DNA of 64,000 nt from an uncultured Candidatus Binatia bacterium (GTDB lineage Bacteria > Desulfobacterota > Binatia > UBA9968 > JAJDTQ01): positions 3,232,001 through 3,296,000 of the forward strand of contig OZ219754.1 of the NCBI GenBank assembly GCA_964291295.2. The letters run 5' to 3'. A model generated the notes under the pieces. The model was not told the origin of the DNA and did not search any database. It saw only the letters and a program-made list of their open reading frames with translations. The position numbers and the translations under genes are program-made. Of this stretch, positions 30,089-41,718 are shown piece after piece. Each line of letters starts with the position of its first letter. Within the stretch, counting starts at the first letter, position 1.

Positions 30089-30202
30089 AATGGACGGCCG
30101 GCCGTACGCTTGGGTCTCCGTGACGAAGAGGTTCAGGCTGTGCGCGGGCCCTGGCCGGGAAAACGCCTCGCGGTCGTCGACGCGTTCATCGAATGTGAGC
30201 CC

Positions 30203-31348
30203 ATGATCAAGCAATATCTCCTGTCTCCCGGACCGACGCCCATCCCCGACGAAGTGCAGTTGGCGATGGCGCGGACCATGATCCACCACCGGACGCCGGA
30301 GTTCGCCCGGGTTCTTGATGAGGTGCGGCAAGGATTGAAGACCCTGTTCGGCACCCGGAACGACGTGATCGTCCTTGCCTCTTCCGGAACCGGCGCCATG
30401 GAGGCGGCCGCCGCCAATCTCTTCTCGCCGCAAGACAAGGTGATCGTGGTCAACGGCGGCAAGTTCGGCGAACGCTGGCTCCGCATCTGCCGCGCCTTCG
30501 GCCTCGACGTGGCGGAGATCAAGGTCGAGTGGGGCAGGGCCGTGGAGCCCGGTGCGGTGGAGGCGGCGCTGCGGGCGCACCCCGACGCCAGGGGCGTCTT
30601 CATCCAGGCCAGCGAGACCTCCACCACCACGCTGCATCCGGTGCGCGAGATCGCGGCCCTGACCCGCGACCGCGGTCCGCTGCTGGTGGTGGACGGCGTG
30701 ACCGCAGTGGGCGTGCTTTCCGTGCCCATGGACGACTGGGGCATCGATGCCCTGGTGACGGGTTCCCAGAAGGCCCTCATGCTGCCCCCCGGGCTGGCCT
30801 TCATCGGCCTCAGCGACCGCGCGTGGCAGCGGACCCGGGAGACCGCGTCGCCGCGCTTCTACTTCGACCTGGAGAGCGAGCGCAAAGGCCAGGCCAAGGG
30901 CTCCACCGCCTACACACCCGCCGTGTCGCTGGTGTTCGGGCTGTCCGCCGCCCTCAGGTTGATGCGCCAGGAAGGGCTGGACCGGGTCTACGCGCGCCAC
31001 GACCGGATGGCCCGGGCCACCCGCGCGGCCGTAACCGCCATGGGCCTCGAACTGCTGTCGCCGCACGACCCGAGTCCCGCGGCCACGGGCCTGTACCTGC
31101 CTGACGGCGCCGACGGCGACGCCCTGCTCGACTACCTCCGGGCGCGCATGGGGGTTACCCTGGCGGAGGGACAGGACCATTTGCAGGGCAAGGTCATCCG
31201 CATCGCCCACGTGGGCCACATGGGCGCCTTCGACGTGATCGTGGCGGTGAGCGCGCTGGAGATGGCGTTCCGGAAGTTCCACCTCCCGGTGAAGCTGGGT
31301 CGGGGGGTGGCCGCGGCCCAGGAGATCCTGATGGAGGCGCTGGACTGA
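30203..31348 (+). CDS. Class V aminotransferase (serine-pyruvate/alanine-glyoxylate type; probably acts as phosphoserine aminotransferase)
   Basis: LLSPGPTP, SSGTGAME, VDGVT, GSQKALM (PLP Lys); directly upstream of serA. Confidence 0.92.
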   Translation: MIKQYLLSPGPTPIPDEVQLAMARTMIHHRTPEFARVLDEVRQGLKTLFGTRNDVIVLASSGTGAMEAAAANLFSPQDKVIVVNGGKFGERWLRICRAFGLDVAEIKVEWGRAVEPGAVEAALRAHPDARGVFIQASETSTTTLHPVREIAALTRDRGPLLVVDGVTAVGVLSVPMDDWGIDALVTGSQKALMLPPGLAFIGLSDRAWQRTRETASPRFYFDLESERKGQAKGSTAYTPAVSLVFGLSAALRLMRQEGLDRVYARHDRMARATRAAVTAMGLELLSPHDPSPAATGLYLPDGADGDALLDYLRARMGVTLAEGQDHLQGKVIRIAHVGHMGAFDVIVAVSALEMAFRKFHLPVKLGRGVAAAQEILMEALD

Positions 31349-31417
31349 ACCATGGACCGGAACGACCCCCGCGCCGCGCTCGCAAAGGGCGCGGCGAAAA
31401 CCGACAGCGACGGCGGC

Positions 31418-34323
<2,906 letters not shown>

Positions 34324-34362
34324 GGGGCCGGGGTATCCGGGCCTCCTTGTCCGGGATCCCGT

Positions 34363-36045
34363 TCATGGCCCGACACCCGTCCTGCGCGGATCCAGAGCGC
34401 CGGTGATGCGCTTGCCATCGACCCGGATGGCCTGCACTCCGCCGGGCAGACGGGTTCGCCGAACCCTGTGCCCCTTGCCCTGAAGCGCCGTTACCGCCTC
34501 GTCGCTGACGGCCGGTTCCACCTCCAGGGCCGTAGTTCCGCCGGACGGAACCCGAATGCGCGCCGCCGTCACCGCCTCGGCCGGAGGCATGCGGAAGTCC
34601 AGGACATTGAGGATGGCCTGGAGCACCGCCCCGGTCTCCTGCGCGCTGCCGGAAGCGCCGACGATGAGCACCGGCCGGTCGTCCCGGAGCAGGATCGCCG
34701 GCGTCATGCTGTTCACCGGACGCCGTCGCGGCTTGAGCGTTTCCAGGGCGGATGCCGTCGAGTTGCCCGGAAGCCAGAACTGCCGCATCCGGTTGTTGAG
34801 GATGACACCCGTCTCGCGCACCAGCACCTTGGAGCCGAACGGCCCCCCCATGCCGAGACCCATGGAGACGGCGTTGCCGTCGCCGTCCAGCACACCGATG
34901 TGGCGGGTGCCGTCCCGACCTCCGGCCAGGACCGCCGGCATGGCGCCGTCGGGCCGCGCCGCAACGTCCATCAAGATGGCCTCGCGCAGCGCGGAAGCGC
35001 GCCCGGCGGAGGTGAGCCGCTGAACCGGGATCTCGCCGGACTCCGGATCCCTCGCGTACTCCAGGAGGTCTGTCGTGACCGCCTTGATCGTCTCCGCCAC
35101 CAGGTGCAGGTAAGCCCCGGAGTTGTGGCGGAACTGATCCAGTCCGTAACCTTCCATGACGCTCAGGAGTCCCACCAGCGCCACACCTCCGAAGCTTGGC
35201 GGTGGCGCCGTGATCACGGCCCGGTCCCGGTAACCGCCGATGACCGGTCGGCGCCACACCGGCTTGTAGCTGTTGAGGTCGTCCGCGGTCACGTTCTTGA
35301 TCCGCGCGGCAATGGACTGCCCGATGGCGCCCTCGTAGAATGCCGCCGCCCCCTCTCTGGCAATGGTCTTGAGCGTCTCGGCCAGTTCCGGTTGCCGAAT
35401 GACCGCGCCCACGCCGCGAGGCGCGCCGGATGCGTTCAGGAAAAGGCGCGAGAAATTCGCGCGCTGCCGCAGCGCCGCAAGGTCCTTCGCAATGACGCGG
35501 CCCAGCCGGCGCGTTACCGGGAACCCTTCGGCGGCATGGCGCACCGCCGGCGCCATCACCGCCTCCAACGGCAGGCTTCCGAACCGCTTCAGGGCTTCGG
35601 CCAGTCCGGCCACGGTTCCCGGAACCGCCACCGCCAGGGCGCCGGTCTCCAGGAGATCCCGGCGAAGGTGGTCGCCCTCGCGATAGAGGTCCGGGGCGGC
35701 CGCTGCGGGCGACACCACGGTGAAGTCCAGCGCATGCGCCTTCTTGTCCCTCACCTGGTAGAACACCAGGGTTCCGCCCCCGCCCAGGCCCGACGAGGCC
35801 GGATCCACCACCGCCAGGGCGAACGCCGTCGCCACCGCAGCATCGACGGCATTGCCGCCCTGCTCCAGAATCTCCATGCCCGCCCTGGTGGCGGTATCGT
35901 GTTCCGACACCACCACGCCGTCGAGGCGGGTCTGCGCCGGAGCGGATGACCCGCCTGCAAGAAGCGAAATCCCGAGCAACAGGAGGGCGATGACAGAGCG
36001 GATTCGGACTGGAACGGTCATGACCCTGGGAGCCGTGGTGGTCAC
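34363..36045 (-). CDS. Gamma-glutamyltransferase-fold (Ntn hydrolase) protein, divergent, with N-terminal signal/TM segment
   Basis: GGNAVDAAVATAFAL, SGLGGG, AVPGTVAG, TRHIGVLDGDGNAVS, FGS...TGVILNN, GALDPR; start uncertain. Confidence 0.88.
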   Translation of the reverse strand: MTTTAPRVMTVPVRIRSVIALLLLGISLLAGGSSAPAQTRLDGVVVSEHDTATRAGMEILEQGGNAVDAAVATAFALAVVDPASSGLGGGGTLVFYQVRDKKAHALDFTVVSPAAAAPDLYREGDHLRRDLLETGALAVAVPGTVAGLAEALKRFGSLPLEAVMAPAVRHAAEGFPVTRRLGRVIAKDLAALRQRANFSRLFLNASGAPRGVGAVIRQPELAETLKTIAREGAAAFYEGAIGQSIAARIKNVTADDLNSYKPVWRRPVIGGYRDRAVITAPPPSFGGVALVGLLSVMEGYGLDQFRHNSGAYLHLVAETIKAVTTDLLEYARDPESGEIPVQRLTSAGRASALREAILMDVAARPDGAMPAVLAGGRDGTRHIGVLDGDGNAVSMGLGMGGPFGSKVLVRETGVILNNRMRQFWLPGNSTASALETLKPRRRPVNSMTPAILLRDDRPVLIVGASGSAQETGAVLQAILNVLDFRMPPAEAVTAARIRVPSGGTTALEVEPAVSDEAVTALQGKGHRVRRTRLPGGVQAIRVDGKRITGALDPRRTGVGP

Positions 36046-36176
36046 ACCATGACTGTTTATTTCTTTGTCGGTCGGTTTGCAACTGCCTGTCTTTCCGGGG
36101 AACGCGGGTTGTGTTAACCTCGTCCTGTTTCCTCACCTGCCAGCCGCGGGGCGCGTCGCGAGAAGCCCCGCAGACA

Positions 36177-36215
36177 ACCGGAGAAGACCACCGGAAAGGA
36201 CCACCGGAGAAGACT
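36177..36215. repeat. 13-bp tandem repeat x3 ending at the helicase start
   Basis: accggagaagacc/accggaaaggacc/accggagaagact. Confidence 0.8.
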
Positions 36216-38210
36216 TTGGCGCGCAAATACGTCCTCAAGAACATCGCTCCATCGCCAGCGGCATCCACCGTCCGTTTCGAGGAGGAACTCAACGAGGCGC
36301 AACATGAGGCGGCGATGTCTCTGGAGGGTCCGCTGCTGGTGGTGGCCGGAGCCGGCACCGGAAAGACCCGGACCCTCGTTTACCGGGTCGCCCGGCTGAT
36401 CGAACGAGGTATCGACCCGCAATCCGTCCTGCTGCTCACCTTCACCCGTCGGGCGGCGGAAGAGATGCTGCGGCGGGCGAGCCTGCTGACCGACTCCCGC
36501 TGCGAACGCATTGCCGGCGGCACCTTCCACTCGTTCGGCAACATGGTGCTGCGTCAGTACGGCCCGGTCATGGGACTGATGCCCGGCTTCACCATCATGG
36601 ACCGCTCCGACAGCGAGGACGTGATCCAGCTCCTGCGTGCCGAAATGGGTCTCGACAGGCGCGAGAAGCGCTTCCCCAGAAAGCAGACCATCGCGGAGAT
36701 CCAGAGCCTGGCGCGGAACCGGCAGATGCCCCTGACCGAACTGGTCGAGCGCGAGTATTCACACCTGGCGGACTTCCTGGAGGAGTTGTCGGCCATCGCG
36801 GAGCGCTACCACGACTACAAGCGCGAGAAGCTGCTGTTGGACTACGACGATCTGCTCACCTGCCTCAAGGAGCTGCTGGAATCGCACGAGGACCTGCGGC
36901 AGCGCCTGTCGGACCGCTTTCGCTTCATCATGGTGGACGAGTACCAGGACACCAACCGGCTGCAGTCCGACATCATCCGCCGACTGGCCTGTACCCATAG
37001 CAATGTCATGGCGGTGGGCGACGACGCCCAGAGCATCTACTCGTTCCGCGGCGCCGACTTCCGGAACATCATGGACTTCCCCGCCCAGTTTCCCGGAACG
37101 AGGATCATTCCGCTTGAGGAGAACTACCGCAGCACCCAGCCCATTCTCAGGCTCACCAACGAGATCATCCGCCGGGCGCAGGAACGCTACGACAAGAACC
37201 TGTACAGCCGCAAGAGAGAAGGAGCGAGGCCGCTGCTGGTGCAGGCGGAGAGCGAGCACACCCAGTCACGGTTCGTGTGTCAGCGCGTGCTGGAACTGCG
37301 CGAGGAGGGAATTCCCCTGTGGGACATGGCGGTGCTGTTCCGCTCGAGCTTCCATTCCTTCGATCTCGAGATCGAACTCGCCCGCCACGACATTCCTTTC
37401 GTGAAACGCGGCGGCATCCAGTTCATGGAGACGGCCCACATCAAGGATGTGCTGGCGCACCTGCGCATCATCAGCAACCCCAGGGACGCCATCTCCTGGA
37501 GCCGGGTTCTCATGCTGCTGGAGGGCGTGGGGCCGCAGATGAGCCGCAAGCTCGTCGAACAACTCCTGGCCGAGGACGATCCGGGCCGGCACCTGAGGGA
37601 GCTCGAGTCTCGCGGGAAGACGCAACAGCCGCTCAAGACCCTGGGACAGGTTCTGGGCGAGTGTTCCGAGCGGACGCGGCCGGCGGACATGGCACAGTAC
37701 CTGATGCAGTACTACCTGCCGATCCTCAAGCGAAAGCACGCCGACGACTACCCCAAGCGGCTGCGGGACCTGGAACACTTCCTGGGCCTCACCGAACGCT
37801 ACCGGAGCGTCGAGCGGCTGTTGAGCGACATGGCGCTGGATCCGCCCGCCGCGAGCGTGGACGAAGACCTGCCGGTGGATCCGGACGAGGGCCCCCTGGT
37901 GCTGTCCACCATTCATTCCGCCAAGGGCCTGGAATGGCATTCCGTGTTCGTCATCTGGGCGCTGGAAGGACGCTTTCCTTCCTACCACAACATCCACAGC
38001 AGCGCGGAGCTGGAAGAGGAGCGAAGACTGCTGTACGTGGCCGCCACCCGAGCCAAGGAAAACCTCCTGTTCGCCTACCCGTCGCGCGTGTACGACCGTT
38101 CCCTGGGCATGGTGTTCTCGCAGCCCTCCCAGTTCATCGACGGGATCTCCGAGGAACTGCTGGAACCCATGTCGCTGGTCCATGAAGAGGGATACTACGG
38201 TCAACTCTGA
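36216..38210 (+). CDS. UvrD/Rep/PcrA-family ATP-dependent DNA helicase
   Basis: AGAGTGKT, VDEYQDTN, VGDDAQSIYSFRGA, NYRS, STIHSAKGLEW, EERRLLYVAATRA; TTG start inferred. Confidence 0.95.
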   Translation: MARKYVLKNIAPSPAASTVRFEEELNEAQHEAAMSLEGPLLVVAGAGTGKTRTLVYRVARLIERGIDPQSVLLLTFTRRAAEEMLRRASLLTDSRCERIAGGTFHSFGNMVLRQYGPVMGLMPGFTIMDRSDSEDVIQLLRAEMGLDRREKRFPRKQTIAEIQSLARNRQMPLTELVEREYSHLADFLEELSAIAERYHDYKREKLLLDYDDLLTCLKELLESHEDLRQRLSDRFRFIMVDEYQDTNRLQSDIIRRLACTHSNVMAVGDDAQSIYSFRGADFRNIMDFPAQFPGTRIIPLEENYRSTQPILRLTNEIIRRAQERYDKNLYSRKREGARPLLVQAESEHTQSRFVCQRVLELREEGIPLWDMAVLFRSSFHSFDLEIELARHDIPFVKRGGIQFMETAHIKDVLAHLRIISNPRDAISWSRVLMLLEGVGPQMSRKLVEQLLAEDDPGRHLRELESRGKTQQPLKTLGQVLGECSERTRPADMAQYLMQYYLPILKRKHADDYPKRLRDLEHFLGLTERYRSVERLLSDMALDPPAASVDEDLPVDPDEGPLVLSTIHSAKGLEWHSVFVIWALEGRFPSYHNIHSSAELEEERRLLYVAATRAKENLLFAYPSRVYDRSLGMVFSQPSQFIDGISEELLEPMSLVHEEGYYGQL

Positions 38211-38304
38211 AGCGGCTCCGGACGCCGGCCAGGGTGCGCGGGCACCAGGCGGCGCCGTCTTGCCCGGCTGACGGACCACCGGCCACGGACTTCCCATCCC
38301 TCAC

Positions 38305-39201
38305 GTGTCACCCGGATCCATCATAGCCGCCATACGGGCGTCCCTGGGGCGTGGCTGGGCCAGAACGCTGTACGAGCAGAACACCGGTTACCACCGGATA
38401 CGGGTGGAACAAACCCGGGAACACCGCCTCCTCTACTTCGACGGCACGCTGCAGAGTTCCATGGACCGGCGCAACCCCGCGTCGCTGGAGTTGCTCTATT
38501 CCCGATTCGCCTCCCTGGGGCTGGTGTTCCGGCCGGACGCGGCCAGAGTGCTGATCATCGGCCTGGGCGGCGGCTCCATGGCCAAGAAGTATCACCAGGA
38601 GTTCCCGGAGATGGAGATCGACTCCATCGAGATAGATCCGGACGTGGTGGAGGTCGCCCGCCAGTATTTCGATTTCCGGGTGGACGCGCGCCAGCGGGTC
38701 CACAGCGGCGACGGCCGCGAGTTCCTGGCGCGCGCCAGGGAGCCCTTTGACATGATTCTGCTGGACGCCTACTACGCGGACAACATGCCATTCCACCTGG
38801 TGACACACGAGTTCTTCGCCACCGCCCGGGACAAGATGACCGCGCAGGGCGTGCTGGTGGCCAATCTCATCGGATCGCTCCGGGGTCCGGACAGCACCCG
38901 GATCCGCGCCGCCATCAAGACACTCGGCCACGTGTTTTCCCAAATCTACACCTTTGCCATGTTCGGCAACCGCGGCTCGGTACTGAACGAGATCCAGAAC
39001 GTCGTGGTGCTGGCGAGCAAGGCGCCGGACCGCATGAGCATGAAGGAGATGGAACGGCGGGCCGCCGGTCTCGGACGGGATCTCTTCCCCGAGCCCATCA
39101 GCAAGATCCGCAGATCCTACTACACGGGTCCACTGGAACAGGACGATGTCGAGCTTCTCACCGATGATGCGGCGCCTCTTGACGATCGGGTGCGCCTCTA
39201 G
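38305..39201 (+). CDS. Spermidine synthase-like SAM-fold protein
   Basis: VLIIGLGGG, EIDPDVV, GDGR, ILLDAY, PFHL, LLTDD.AP. Confidence 0.85.
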   Translation: MSPGSIIAAIRASLGRGWARTLYEQNTGYHRIRVEQTREHRLLYFDGTLQSSMDRRNPASLELLYSRFASLGLVFRPDAARVLIIGLGGGSMAKKYHQEFPEMEIDSIEIDPDVVEVARQYFDFRVDARQRVHSGDGREFLARAREPFDMILLDAYYADNMPFHLVTHEFFATARDKMTAQGVLVANLIGSLRGPDSTRIRAAIKTLGHVFSQIYTFAMFGNRGSVLNEIQNVVVLASKAPDRMSMKEMERRAAGLGRDLFPEPISKIRRSYYTGPLEQDDVELLTDDAAPLDDRVRL

Positions 39202-39859
39202 CGTTCTCCTGCTGGCCGGCTGCGCCCGTCCGTGGGAGGACGACACCTTTCGGAAGGTGCGCATCGTGCGCGTCAAGCTGGTGGCCGATCCGGCCCTGCG
39301 CCGGGCCGACCCGAGTTGGCGCGACACCGCCAAGGATCTGCTGCGCGCGGCATCCGACTATTACGAGGACAACTTCGGCATTCGCCTGGCCCATCAATCC
39401 ACCGGCGCCTGGCACGTGGCCGGCACCACCACTTCGTCGGTCACCCTGATGAAACGCCTCAAGCGTTCGTTCCCGCGGGCCGGCGGCGACCAGCCCCACG
39501 ATGTGGTGATCGGACTGACCCGGCAGCCGCTCAACTTCTACAAGGGAGGCCGGGCACGGGCCGACCGTTTCGGCAACTGCACGCAGGGGCTGGGAAACTA
39601 TATCGTGAGCCACGTGGGCGAGTCCTTCGACTACCACGACGGGGATTTGACCCACGACGCGGTGGCGGTGATCCACGAGATGGGGCACCTCATGGGAGCC
39701 GTTCACACCGACGATCCCGAGTCGGTGATGCACCGGGACTTCGATCTCAGAACCGGCTTCGACGCCCCCAATCGCGCCATCGTCATGGCGAACCGGCTAT
39801 GCCCCTTCGCCCGACCCCACCGCGGCACCCGGAACCAGGTCCAGCCGAACGGACCCTGA
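39164..39859 (+). CDS. Metzincin zinc metalloprotease, predicted lipoprotein
   Basis: Lipobox LAGC; HEMGHLMGAVH; Met-turn SVM. Confidence 0.85.
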   Translation: MMRRLLTIGCASSVLLLAGCARPWEDDTFRKVRIVRVKLVADPALRRADPSWRDTAKDLLRAASDYYEDNFGIRLAHQSTGAWHVAGTTTSSVTLMKRLKRSFPRAGGDQPHDVVIGLTRQPLNFYKGGRARADRFGNCTQGLGNYIVSHVGESFDYHDGDLTHDAVAVIHEMGHLMGAVHTDDPESVMHRDFDLRTGFDAPNRAIVMANRLCPFARPHRGTRNQVQPNGP

Positions 39860-40099
39860 CCCGCTGCGCAGAGACGGAGACGTCCGGTGAAAGGAGGGAT
39901 GGGGCCGCTTCAGTTGAAAGAGACCGCAGCAAGGAAGGCGGACCCCGCGGCGTTCCCGGGACAGATCATGATCTCGCTGGAACAGGCGGACCTCGTGCCG
40001 ACAACCGGGGGACCGGCGGCTTCCGCCCCACCGGCCTCCGGATGGGATTCCGTTGCGCGAAGTCTACACATCACGCGACTGCGCCGAGACCCCGCTTCG

Positions 40100-40672
40100 T
40101 CAGCGGCTTCCGTCCGGATTCCCACCCGACCGGCGCGCCCAGGGTTCGAGTTCATCGCCCTCTCGCGCCCTCCCCTCGGCAGCCCGCGGCTCGTTCCCGG
40201 AATGCCCCAGGATCTGGTCGGCGATGATTCCCAGGTCCCCCGTTGCCGATCGGTTCAGGTCGTTTTCAATCTCGGTCAGGTCTCTCTCGCACAAGCCGCC
40301 CAAGACCTTGACGATCAATGGCAACGCAGTCGCGCGGGTCTGTACCTTGCTCGCATCAACACCGTGCGACTTCAGGAATCGCCTGACACGCGACAGGTCG
40401 GGGAGATACCGTTTGTTCTCGTAGGCGCGAGCGATTCGTTCCACCAGCGGGAACGTCCGTGCATCGATTTCGGCTTCCTGCAGCAACTCGGGAAGTTTCC
40501 TGGTGCCACGACGGCTGTTCGACATTCTTTTCCTGACGGTGTCTACTTCCCGCTCGATGGTTTCAAATTCCACGTTCTCGGCTTGCGCAAGGGCGGCAAT
40601 CACCCGCTTCCGCCCGTACTCGGCGACGAGCAGCTTCGTGCGAAGCGCCAGAGCCTGGTTCACCATCGTCAT
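40100..40672 (-). CDS. Hypothetical protein translationally coupled to ParA
   Basis: ATG overlaps ParA stop (ATGA at 40672-40669); 190 aa; no motif recognised. Confidence 0.7.
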   Translation of the reverse strand: MTMVNQALALRTKLLVAEYGRKRVIAALAQAENVEFETIEREVDTVRKRMSNSRRGTRKLPELLQEAEIDARTFPLVERIARAYENKRYLPDLSRVRRFLKSHGVDASKVQTRATALPLIVKVLGGLCERDLTEIENDLNRSATGDLGIIADQILGHSGNEPRAAEGRAREGDELEPWARRSGGNPDGSR

Positions 40673-41516
40673 TTCGTTACACCCACAGCTGCCAGAATCT
40701 CGTTCTTGAGACCCCTGAAACCGCCTATCCGATTCCACCGCGTATAAGGCGTGCAGGACAACGGCAATCCCTTGCGCGCCGCCACCGCATACGACCGCGA
40801 ATACGGAATCTGATAGTCGAAAATACGCCAACCGTATTGGCCGGCCACACCACGCACTTCTTCAATGGCGCGGGTTTTCTCCATGTTGCCGGAGTACTCG
40901 GATTGGTCATTCAGCACCAGCCCGCAAATCTCAAGTTCGTGATCTTTGTTCTCCAGTCCAAAATCGCGTATGGATCTCGCAAGAAGTGGCAAACCAATGG
41001 TCGCCATGAATTCCGGCTTAACCGGAACGACCACATAGCGGCTGGCAAAATATGCCGCGTCGGTCAGAACCGACTCGGTGGGTGCGCAGTCGATTACAAC
41101 CAAGTCATAACGTTCACTCACCTGCCCAATCGCCCGGGCCAGCCTGCGCTCTTTGTCGGTCGGATTCTTCAGCGTTCTACTCAGTTCCAATCGCGACGCG
41201 ATGAGATTCAGGTTGTCGCTACCGTATCCAACCCCCCGGATAATCACGTCATTGACGTCGACCCGTTTCGGACTGCCGTCGGATCCTGCGGCCGGGATGT
41301 AATCCTCAAGAATCTGTACCACCGTCGGCCGACTGTCCTCGACGTGTCGCACATAATCCTCCGGACCCATGAGGCTATGGCTCAGGTTGGACTGCGGATC
41401 CAGATCGATCGCCAACACCCGCAGTCCGTCAGCTGCGGCCGCGTGCGCAAGCCGGGAGGCCATCGTGGTCTTGCCTACCCCCCCTTCATGTTTATCAAGC
41501 TGACGACGACGGCCAT
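40669..41516 (-). pseudogene. ParA/Soj-family ATPase with a frameshift in Walker A (one G missing, G7 run)
   Basis: MAVVVSLINMKGG then TAG; the shifted frame continues VGKTTM...IDLDPQSN...IDCAP; one more G at 41478-41484 restores KGGVGKT. Confidence 0.82.
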
Positions 41517-41718
41517 CGGACTGAACCCCCTTTATTCTCCAAGCTTGTCAGGGTATGCCCCCGGCGAAAGATCGTCAAGCAGGTGTGGGCACGGCTCACG
41601 GCGGGGTTGAGCTTTGAGCATTCCTTCTGCCTGACAAGGTGTTGATGACGGCGGGAACCACAACCGGAATACACCTTGAACAACCCGCCAAGATTCGGGA
41701 AACAGTGTCATGGCGGTG

